A stretch of DNA of 32,000 nucleotides. Origin: an uncultured archaeon (GTDB taxonomy: Archaea; Asgardarchaeota; Jordiarchaeia; Jordiarchaeales; Jordiarchaeaceae). Made by a program: the position numbers and the translations under genes. Of the stretch, positions 24,478 to 32,000 are shown piece after piece; position 1 is the first letter of the stretch; each line of letters starts with the position of its first letter. Under the pieces are notes generated by a model. The model had not been told where the DNA came from and ran no database searches. It was given only the letters and a program-made list of their open reading frames with translations. The stretch covers positions 4,737-36,736 of the forward strand of contig CAZECW010000025.1 of the NCBI GenBank assembly GCA_964510585.1, written 5' to 3'.

Positions 24478-27348
24478 GTGTTTTTTGATGGAAAAAAGGT
24501 GCCTTTTTCTCGTTATCTCCTAACGCAGGATAAAATTAGATTACTTAGGGGAAAAAATGTCTTATCAGAGGAGACTGTTTTCCAATTACTTCCCCCTTCT
24601 GAAAAGGATGGATTTAACTCTCCCTTGTGCCAAAATTTTTTGGTTCCAGATGTAGAGCTAGATGAGCAACTGGAGTATGCGTACGAGATAAATGTTAGGG
24701 GGGAAACAATTTCTCCTTGCCTTTACATTTTTTCAAAGCAACCAATCATTGAAGAAGATTTAGATGAAAAAGTTCAATCTGTTCTGTCAACCTTTAACCT
24801 AGGCGCCGATTATACTAGAATGCGTTTCGAGATATTGGAAGAAGAGTTTTTGGGTTTGATAGGAGGAGCTTATTTCACTGCGATTCGAAAGGTTAAGGGT
24901 GAAAAAAATATTTTAATTCTGGACGCGGATGGAAACCCAACTTACATTGCTGTGCTTACTTTGAAGGGTGCCCCAAATTGTGAATCACTAGATCCACAGT
25001 GCTTAGATCTTTTCTTGAAATCTATTGAAAACTTGGATACAAATTTAAATCTCGTAATTCCTTTTCGATTTTTAAAAAGAAGGAAATCTGAACAGACTTA
25101 TAAGAACTTAAAAACAAGTGTTCGGGTTAAAAGTAAAACTCCAATTAAATACTGTGAAGCCTCTCCCTACATAGTTGTGAGGGGCGCCTCTCTAGAGAGC
25201 ATTAAAAATCACATGAAGAGAGTGCACGCCGCCGCCAGTGCTGCATGGTCCGGAGTTAGGGAAAGAATTAATGTAGAGTTCTTGGACTGTAGCATAATTA
25301 AAAAATTCCTACACAACATAATTTGTAGGCGACTCCTTCCAGATAAAGATGTCTTTTTCATAAAAAATTTAAGTATTTATTTGAAAGTTCCCACTTCAAC
25401 TAACGAGAAAAAGTTAAACTTTCCAATTGCCAATGAAAATCTGAAGGGCAATATTTCTAACAGCGATAAAATCCTATTGGGCGAAACTGCTTTGAGTGGA
25501 CGCACAGTATCCGTTTGGATGGATTATGAAAATTTGTTACACTACGTGGTCATTTTTGGCGAATCCTACGAAAAATCTTTTTTTATAATGAGCTTCCTCA
25601 AAAAAATTAAGAAGCCTTGGATAGTTTTCGATTTTAAGGGCGATCTCTCAAAGTTGAAGGATCTGTTTAATGATTCAATTTCATTTTTCAGTCTTAATTC
25701 TGGGTCTGAGCAACTTAAAATAAACCTCTTTGATCCTAAAGATAAATCGCCGGAGGAACACGCCTCATTCCTAATTAGTATTTTCAAAAAATTTTTTGAA
25801 AACAAATTGGAAAATATGCAGGAGCCACTTCACAGAATTCTGAGTCACTTCAGTAATGTGTTGAGATGTGAACATGGTCTCAGAGAGTTCGACAACGCCT
25901 TTAATGAAGTACTAAAAATTAATGATTCTAAAAAGCAGACCATCATAAGAGAACTTACACTCTTGCTCCACAATCTTCAGCAAGGTGTCCTAAGTAATGT
26001 TTTCAGCAGTAGCCACTCTAACATAGGCACAGAAATAGCTGATAAGCGTGTAATCATCGATTTAAATCATCCATACTCTGAAACAGATGCGACTGGCATA
26101 AAATTTCTCACAACCTATATTCTAGAAATATTATCTCGTGGTTCGTCTGAGATAGTAAATGGCTTAAAGCACGTAACGGTAATAAACTGCCCCGAAAACG
26201 GTTCAGAACTGATTAATTTTTTAACCAAGAAAGTTTTAGATAAATCCACTTTGCTAAAAAAAGGTGAGGGTCTAATTCTATCTGCCACCCATCCTCAAGA
26301 CTTTAAAAGCATCTATAGTTTGGATTCATGTTATACAATTATTTTTGGCGGTCTAAGAGAACCTAGAAGAGGTTCTGAAATAATAGGTGGGATAAATCCA
26401 GAAGAAATAGAGAATCTCGGCGGGAAAGCTTTAATGATAATTCCGGGAACAGGAAACAAAATAAAATTTGAACCTATTTGGGATAAAAACCTAATTAAAA
26501 AAGAAGCGACAATTCCTGCGCTTAAAGTTGAACCTATCGATAACCGTTTCAAAGCACCGGCCACTTTGGAAATGGAAGAGGCTAGTGACAAACTTGAGTT
26601 GAAACATCAGCCCCTCCCAGTAAAGAATACCTTCGTGACCGCCGATCAATTTCTCAGAGGAGTCCGTAACTCGAAAATTTCATTCGAACCCCCATATAAT
26701 TTAAGTAGTGAGCAGGTCGCAGTCCTCATAAATCAGGTTTTAGCCATTCTTGATAGTGAAATATACTTAACAGATCTTTTTATATCAAAAATAATAGGAA
26801 TACCCCCCAAGACTGTAAACAAAATTATGCGTGAAGTCTTAAATACAGATTCGGAAATTCAAAGAATATATGTTCCCGTAGTTGGAAGCAAAACCAATAT
26901 TCCTCTGTACTACTCCAAATTCGGACCCAAATACGAAAATGTGCAGGACAAGTATTTGAAGGATATACTAGAGGAGATGTGCTTTAAAAACGGCATCAAT
27001 TTCTCGCTAAAAAGAGATACCGAAACCGGAGCAGATGGTAAAATTGAATCCTACACTTTTAAACTGTTTGTTCATATACCTAACGATGATGAGCTAAAAA
27101 GCACATTTCAAAAATTATTTTTGAAGTTTAACAGAGTTGCAGTTTTGTTCCTCCACGAAAAAGATCTTGAAAAGGCCGAGAAGCTGAACAGTCAATGGAA
27201 AATACCTATACTTATGGGTAGCCTAATCAATCTTAACACATTTCTCACAGAAATAGTGGAGTCCTCTACCGAAAAAACATCCAACCCATCCTACACTCCA
27301 GAGAGAGATTTACAAGAGTTAATATCCTGGCTTCGAACCGAAACTTAA
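24478..27348 (+). CDS. Large VirB4/HerA(FtsK)-like protein with degenerate Walker motifs and C-terminal wHTH plus PD-(D/E)XK-like region
   Basis: ILLGET..GRTVSVWMDYENLLHYVVIFGESYEKS (Walker A position), WIVFDFKGD, LKINLFDP, RVIIDL, HVTVINCPE (Walker B position) and GEGLILSATHP. Start is placed at GTG 24478 after a GGTG SD-like site; the ORF track starts at 24274. Confidence 0.6.
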   Translation: MFFDGKKVPFSRYLLTQDKIRLLRGKNVLSEETVFQLLPPSEKDGFNSPLCQNFLVPDVELDEQLEYAYEINVRGETISPCLYIFSKQPIIEEDLDEKVQSVLSTFNLGADYTRMRFEILEEEFLGLIGGAYFTAIRKVKGEKNILILDADGNPTYIAVLTLKGAPNCESLDPQCLDLFLKSIENLDTNLNLVIPFRFLKRRKSEQTYKNLKTSVRVKSKTPIKYCEASPYIVVRGASLESIKNHMKRVHAAASAAWSGVRERINVEFLDCSIIKKFLHNIICRRLLPDKDVFFIKNLSIYLKVPTSTNEKKLNFPIANENLKGNISNSDKILLGETALSGRTVSVWMDYENLLHYVVIFGESYEKSFFIMSFLKKIKKPWIVFDFKGDLSKLKDLFNDSISFFSLNSGSEQLKINLFDPKDKSPEEHASFLISIFKKFFENKLENMQEPLHRILSHFSNVLRCEHGLREFDNAFNEVLKINDSKKQTIIRELTLLLHNLQQGVLSNVFSSSHSNIGTEIADKRVIIDLNHPYSETDATGIKFLTTYILEILSRGSSEIVNGLKHVTVINCPENGSELINFLTKKVLDKSTLLKKGEGLILSATHPQDFKSIYSLDSCYTIIFGGLREPRRGSEIIGGINPEEIENLGGKALMIIPGTGNKIKFEPIWDKNLIKKEATIPALKVEPIDNRFKAPATLEMEEASDKLELKHQPLPVKNTFVTADQFLRGVRNSKISFEPPYNLSSEQVAVLINQVLAILDSEIYLTDLFISKIIGIPPKTVNKIMREVLNTDSEIQRIYVPVVGSKTNIPLYYSKFGPKYENVQDKYLKDILEEMCFKNGINFSLKRDTETGADGKIESYTFKLFVHIPNDDELKSTFQKLFLKFNRVAVLFLHEKDLEKAEKLNSQWKIPILMGSLINLNTFLTEIVESSTEKTSNPSYTPERDLQELISWLRTET

Positions 27349-27494
27349 CCCAAAAGAAAGTATTCATAATTTAAACAGAAATTCTGCAAAATAACCAAAA
27401 ATAAACCTTATAGAAAATTTTTCGCTTATCAAAAAAAGTTTACTTTTATGACTTCGAATTATGCGTTTCACACTTCTAATGCAGTCCAAAAAAT

Positions 27495-27581
27495 ATGAGT
27501 AACTATATCTATCCTATTATCCTTGGAGCTTTATTATCCTTTATGCTAAAGAAGTATGCGACCAAGGCTCTTAAAGAGTAG
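27495..27581 (+). CDS. Candidate 28-aa single-pass membrane peptide MSNYIYPIILGALLSFMLKKYATKALKE
   Basis: Hand-translated ATG...TAG in the intergenic gap; hydrophobic stretch followed by a Lys-rich tail. Could be a chance ORF. Confidence 0.2.
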   Translation: MSNYIYPIILGALLSFMLKKYATKALKE

Positions 27582-27672
27582 TGGTGTAAATTCGTTATGC
27601 TCTGGACTAATGGAGCGCATTATTTTTCAATGAAACTCACTATTTTAATCATTATATGCTATAAATAAGTGG

Positions 27673-28416
27673 TTGGATGCCGCGATGGGTGACAAATTTG
27701 ATGAAGCTTTTTCGGAGCTGGTTGCGGGGGTGGAGGCGCACGGTAGTAAGGAGTATAAGATTGCCTCACAGCACTTTAAGAGGGCTGCGGAACTTTTTAA
27801 ACAGTTAAGGGAAGAGGAACTAGATGAACAACTTCAGACCACTGCTGCGGGAAACTTTTATCAGGCCCGCGCTAATTATCATCAGTCTATTGCGGATTAT
27901 CTGAACTTTAAAATGCAAGATTATGAATCTGCTGCAAATAGTTACAATAACGCTGTTGCTGACAAAAAAATCGCTATAAATATTGTGAAGGATTTACTAA
28001 AAGAAGGGTGGATTAAAGACCAAAAACTTCCCTTGGAACTGGAGGCAGAACTAAACGGACTTGAAGCGGCAAGGTTTGAGTGTTTAGCCCAAACTGCGAT
28101 CATAAATAAAAATCTAGAGAAGGCAGCGGATCATTTCCGAGAGGCTTACGAAGCTTACGAGAATAAAGAAAAAATCGAAGAAGCTCTGAAGAATACATAC
28201 GAAGAAAAACTGGCTAGAGCTGACAAGATTAAGTGTGAGGGCTTGTACCACGAGTGCTTGGGTATCTACTACCTTGAAAAAGGTAAGAAGAAGCAAGCTA
28301 AAGGACTATTAATCAAGGCTAAAGAAAGATACGAAGAAGCAGTAAACCTGAATCCAGAATTTCAGGTTTTAAGCAAAGCCCTTGAAAGAGTAAACCATAT
28401 ACTTCTTAAACTCTAA
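27673..28416 (+). CDS. TPR-like / alpha-SNAP-like helical repeat protein
   Basis: Repeated YKIASQHFKRAAELF, YESAANSYNNA, LEKAADHFREAYEAY and AKERYEEAVNLNP helices. Start is TTG 27673 or ATG 27685. Confidence 0.62.
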   Translation: MDAAMGDKFDEAFSELVAGVEAHGSKEYKIASQHFKRAAELFKQLREEELDEQLQTTAAGNFYQARANYHQSIADYLNFKMQDYESAANSYNNAVADKKIAINIVKDLLKEGWIKDQKLPLELEAELNGLEAARFECLAQTAIINKNLEKAADHFREAYEAYENKEKIEEALKNTYEEKLARADKIKCEGLYHECLGIYYLEKGKKKQAKGLLIKAKERYEEAVNLNPEFQVLSKALERVNHILLKL

Positions 28417-28456
28417 TTTAATTCCCCACTCATCTTTCCAAGCATTTTTTCAGTTT

Positions 28457-29785
28457 TCAAAGCCCTTTTTGCAGTCGCGTGTAGAAGCGAACAAGTGCTC
28501 CCGTTGCTTTAACCGCTCTCTCTACTTCAGTAAAAACTGGAATCCGAAGTTTATGTAGGCCACTAACCACACGCTCATAACAGTCATTTTCAATCTGGAT
28601 ACACGCCGCCACAATTGGCTTTAACCTTTTTTCTGCTGCTTCCTTAAAGGCTCCTTCCATATCAAACTCTATCTCCTTCATAAGTTCAAGCACAAGGATT
28701 ATAGCGTCTACATTCTCATCTTCAAGGAGGGCTTCCACTGCGATTTTGTGTTTGTTTCCCACCTCTACACCGTCAAGACGGCTTGGAGGCCAATAATCCA
28801 CAGGGTTTACGGTTTTTGTGCGCTCATTTAGCACTTTTGCTTTTAAGATTTTAACTGTGTTCGGGCTGAGATCGGCGATTTTTAATCCATTTTTTTCTAA
28901 TGATCTTAAGCCTAAATCAATCGCACCAGAGGAGGGGCCCACTATTGCAACTCTATTACCCTTAGGTTTAGGCGAGAGAACGAAAATCTTAGCTAATTCA
29001 AATATTTCAGTATAAAGGGATGCACAGATAGCTCCTGCCTTAACTAGTTGCTCTCTTCTCTCCTCAGGGCAATGCAAAATTACAGGCTTCTGACTGGAAA
29101 TTTCCCTAACCACAGCTACAATTTCATCAGTAATTCTTCTAAAATATGCTGTAATAACCCTAGTAGAGGGATCTTGTGCAAAAAATCTGAGTAGCTCTCC
29201 TTCGCTGACATCACAGGTATTTCCTAAATGGACTATTTTGTTGAATCTTAAATCGTCTGGCTGCCACCATCCAAGTCCCCCAGAAAGCCCGCCACTTTGA
29301 CCAATAAAGCTCACCTCCCCTGCTTGGAAATTTCTAACAGGAGTAAAAGTTGTGGCGAAACGATTGGTGTAATCTATTAAACCTATAGTATTGGGGCCAA
29401 TAAGCCTCAAATTGTTCTCCTTAGCTATACGAGTGAGTGTTTCCTCTTTCTTTTTTCCCCATTCGTCGCATTCGGAGAAACCCGAGGATTGCAAGATAAT
29501 GTTCTTAACACCTCTTCTAGCCAACTCTTCAACCGCATCCACCACTAGATCTGAAGATAAAGCAACAATTGCTGTCTCTGGAACTTCTGGGATATCTTTA
29601 ACAGCTTTAAAGGCGGGAAAGCCAAGAATACTATCCCTATCAGGGTGAACCAAAAAGACTTTGCCAGTGTAGCCGATTTCGATTATGTTCTTTAAAATCT
29701 GGTTTCCAAATTTTCCAGGAGAGTTTGAGGCTCCCAGAATAAGGATGCTTTTAGGATTAAAGAAAGATTCTAAACTCATCTTCAA
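28457..29785 (-). CDS. Acyl-CoA synthetase (ADP-forming, ACD) alpha-subunit homologue lacking the phospho-histidine loop
   Basis: FNPKSI.ILGAS, SSGFSE, RLIGPNTIG, SFIGQSGG, GNRVAIV and NPVD are present. The K.GRT...SHTG.LAG segment is absent (KPVILHCPEERREQLVKAGAI). Confidence 0.85.
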   Translation of the reverse strand: MKMSLESFFNPKSILILGASNSPGKFGNQILKNIIEIGYTGKVFLVHPDRDSILGFPAFKAVKDIPEVPETAIVALSSDLVVDAVEELARRGVKNIILQSSGFSECDEWGKKKEETLTRIAKENNLRLIGPNTIGLIDYTNRFATTFTPVRNFQAGEVSFIGQSGGLSGGLGWWQPDDLRFNKIVHLGNTCDVSEGELLRFFAQDPSTRVITAYFRRITDEIVAVVREISSQKPVILHCPEERREQLVKAGAICASLYTEIFELAKIFVLSPKPKGNRVAIVGPSSGAIDLGLRSLEKNGLKIADLSPNTVKILKAKVLNERTKTVNPVDYWPPSRLDGVEVGNKHKIAVEALLEDENVDAIILVLELMKEIEFDMEGAFKEAAEKRLKPIVAACIQIENDCYERVVSGLHKLRIPVFTEVERAVKATGALVRFYTRLQKGL

Positions 29786-30864
29786 TCCCCATACCTAAAC
29801 GCCTCTAAGATGCTGGAACACGCCCCACAACGCACACATCCAGCACGATTCCTAGAAGGATCAAGATTGTATTCAGACAAAATCTCGGCGACCTTTCGGT
29901 AAAGATTTATCATTCTTCCGGCATTCGGTGGGTTACGATTCTCAAACTCAGTTCCCAAAATCGGTCTGAAGGGAACCAAAAAGGGAACAACTCCTAACCT
30001 GGTGACTATTTCCACCCCCTGTAATATGCTTTCATCATCCTCTCCTAAACCTGCAATAATATAAGTACTAACCTGCGCCTCCCCAAATAGTTCCACCGCT
30101 TCTCTCCACGCCTTCAAATACTCATCAAAACTGACCTGAGCCTTACCCGGACATACACTTTCTAAAACTGTCCTGTCAAAATTTTCTATGTGAATACCAA
30201 CCGTATCCACACCCACATCTGCTAATAACTCCAAATAACCAACACTGGGCGGCTCCAGCTGTACATGGATTGGAACATCATAGTTTTCCTTTAATTCTCT
30301 AGTTGTTTCTGCCAGAATTTTTGCTCCTCTGTCGGGCGTGCCGGGAGTGCCGGTAGTTAATGTGATGTGGCGACAGACACCTTCTTCAACTGCTGCTCCC
30401 ACAACCTCTACCAACTCTTTGGGATTTTTTCTTGGAACTGTTGACCCATCCTTTAGTGAATTTTCAATCCCACAAAACTTACAACTCTGGCCAGTGGACC
30501 AATATACACATTTCTGAAGAACCGTTGTTGCCAAACAATCTTTACCGTGGAGGAGTGCTATTTTATACATGGGTTGTCCGCTGGATGTTTTTAGAGAATA
30601 AAACCTGGGGGAATCAATTAATTCTATATTGGTGATCTTCTCTCTATCTTTGTAAAGAGACCAGCTGGAACCGAGCCTTCTTAAAATAATATCCGAATTT
30701 TTTACAAAGTGAGGCCACAGGGGAACATTAACTACAGAGTTATTGGGTAAAATCATGAATCTTCCGCCAGCTGGGCCGGCTCCTGCCTTCCTCCCCTTTT
30801 CGATGCTGTCTTCTGTCTTAACCCCTTTGCAGAGGAGCTCTGTCTTTAAATTCATTAGTTTCAA
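29782..30864 (-). CDS. Radical SAM protein, MSMEG_0568 / Nit1C NitD family
   Basis: GAGP, PRFY.LKT..G.P..KIALLHG.D.LATTVLQKC, expanded CX8CX2C (CVYWSTGQSCKFC), GIHIE, PFLVPFRPI.GT and a C-terminal AGCVRCGACS. Confidence 0.88.
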   Translation of the reverse strand: MKLMNLKTELLCKGVKTEDSIEKGRKAGAGPAGGRFMILPNNSVVNVPLWPHFVKNSDIILRRLGSSWSLYKDREKITNIELIDSPRFYSLKTSSGQPMYKIALLHGKDCLATTVLQKCVYWSTGQSCKFCGIENSLKDGSTVPRKNPKELVEVVGAAVEEGVCRHITLTTGTPGTPDRGAKILAETTRELKENYDVPIHVQLEPPSVGYLELLADVGVDTVGIHIENFDRTVLESVCPGKAQVSFDEYLKAWREAVELFGEAQVSTYIIAGLGEDDESILQGVEIVTRLGVVPFLVPFRPILGTEFENRNPPNAGRMINLYRKVAEILSEYNLDPSRNRAGCVRCGACSSILEAFRYGD

Positions 30865-31238
30865 GAGATTTCCCGGCTTTTTGTTAACGAAATTTTCGGC
30901 AACAAATTAAAGATGTCTAAACATATATACCTTTTGCCACCAAAAATAGTATAATATGCTGGTTTTTAGAGATGGCTGCGTGAAGAACAAAGAGAACATC
31001 GTATGCCCCCAAATCCCCCCACAATGGGGCCACACAACGAGGGAAATCAAAATAGATATACGGCATATTCTCTATGCAAAAATGCGATTGTTAACCATGC
31101 ATCTAAAAACTCTAAAAAGTAGAATTGAAAATATTCATTCTAGTTTTGTACGTCTAGTTTACCTCTATACAAAAAATAGAAATAGCGGGGGAGTTTATAA
31201 TTATCTGAGATTAGCGCGTCAGAAGGAAGGAAGTAGAA

Positions 31239-31622
31239 TTGGTTACAGAATTAAAGGAAGAAAAATTCAAGGAGTTTGTTTCATCGAATCCTATAGTGTT
31301 AGTAGATTTCTCAGCAACTTGGTGTGGTCCCTGTAGAATTCAGGGAAAAATTCTAGACGGTATTGAAGCTAAATTTGGGAATAAAATTGCGATAGCCAAA
31401 GTTGATGTTGACCAAAATCCGAATCTTGCACGAGATTTTAACATTTACGCAGTACCTTCACTAGTATTTTTCTACAAAGGACAGCCTGTAGTTTTTGATG
31501 TAGAATCTGAAGAATCAACTGAGGAAGAACTGATAGAATCCTCAAAGTTAGTGGGGGTTCAAAGCGAAGAAAACCTTGAAAAAATTATAGAAGAGCTTCT
31601 CTCACAAAAAGACTCCAAGTAA
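31239..31622 (+). CDS. trxA: Thioredoxin with an acidic insertion
   Basis: LVDFSATWCGPC, KVDVDQNP and AVPSLVFF. TTG start. Confidence 0.92.
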   Translation: MVTELKEEKFKEFVSSNPIVLVDFSATWCGPCRIQGKILDGIEAKFGNKIAIAKVDVDQNPNLARDFNIYAVPSLVFFYKGQPVVFDVESEESTEEELIESSKLVGVQSEENLEKIIEELLSQKDSK

Positions 31623-31624
31623 CC

Positions 31625-31680
31625 AAAAATAAACATTCATCCCACCTTCCTCACCCTTGGTTTATTTTTTTCTATTTTTG
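31625..31680 (+). terminator. Putative terminator of the thioredoxin gene
   Basis: 10-bp inverted repeat AAAAATAAAC (31625-31634) / GTTTATTTTT (31660-31669) running into an oligo-T tract. Confidence 0.4.
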
Positions 31681-31875
31681 CGGAATTTAAGTCTATAGTG
31701 GGAATGCTGAACTTACTTTATCAAACAATTTTTGGAAATCTCCAAATCCCGCAAGAAACAGGAGCAGAAATTGGCAAAAACAAAAAACCAAAAAATTCAC
31801 AAACGATGCGGAATATGGGATAAAAAGAATAATACAAAAATTTTTCTACAGTTCACACTGACACTATGTTCCTCG

Positions 31876-32000
31876 TTAGTGAATGGGGGTGATTAGGGTT
31901 ATGCGGTCTAGTCTGAAGGTTCGCTTCCTGTTCTTCAGGTAGCAGTAGGCTTCAACGTACTGTTCCCTACGTCTTCTGCCGAATCTGTGGATTTTGAGAA
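31876..32000 (-). CDS. C-terminal 40 aa of a WYL-domain protein (gene continues beyond the window)
   Basis: Hand translation of the minus strand gives LKIHRFGRRRREQYVEAYCYLKNRKRTFRLDRITLITPIH*, matching the WYL signature Y..AYC......R.FRLDRI. Not in the ORF track. Confidence 0.8.
   Translation of the reverse strand, partial: LKIHRFGRRRREQYVEAYCYLKNRKRTFRLDRITLITPIH

Noticed and set aside
30956-31336. 126-aa ORF upstream of thioredoxin
   Set aside because: It overlaps trxA out of frame, spans a divergent promoter region and has no recognisable domain.
1-32000. Selenocysteine (in-frame TGA) recoding, programmed frameshifts, tRNA/rRNA genes
   Set aside because: All redox/Fe-S proteins have complete Cys motifs within open frames, no family appears split across frames, and I saw no tRNA cloverleaf/T-loop or rRNA signature by eye. 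tRNAscan-SE and Infernal would be needed to exclude RNA genes formally.

Overview
Gene-dense archaeal chromosomal window, very probably from an Asgard archaeon. That assignment is inferred from three eukaryotic-signature proteins (a Rab-like GTPase domain, a two-domain gelsolin and a PCI-type winged helix) among archaeal housekeeping genes (archaeal/eukaryotic-type LeuRS, methanogen-type SerRS, NikR). It holds about 25 CDSs: a Rab-like GTPase/M20 hydrolase fusion with nikR, convergent serS/leuS, a catabolic cluster (VOC, SnoaL-like, DUF362, acyl-CoA dehydrogenase, DUF6125-like, AhpD/CMD), a glpK-glpA-glpB-glpC(HdrD-like) glycerol operon, gelsolin, an M24-fold protein, a PCI/low-complexity protein, a TIGR00300-type ornithine cyclodeaminase, a large degenerate VirB4/HerA-like protein, a TPR-like protein, a Nit1C NitD-type radical SAM enzyme coupled to a His-loop-less acyl-CoA synthetase alpha homologue, thioredoxin, and the 3' end of a WYL-domain gene at the right edge. 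I recognised no tRNA, rRNA, CRISPR array, integrase or transposase. The most notable items are (1) the in-frame Rab-like GTPase-M20 fusion, (2) the radical SAM plus pseudo-ACD pair, (3) the motif-dead VirB4/HerA-like protein, and (4) a sharp switch from A/C-rich to G/T-rich plus strand near 6800 that ignores gene orientation. All family calls come from motif recognition by eye; no database searches were run.
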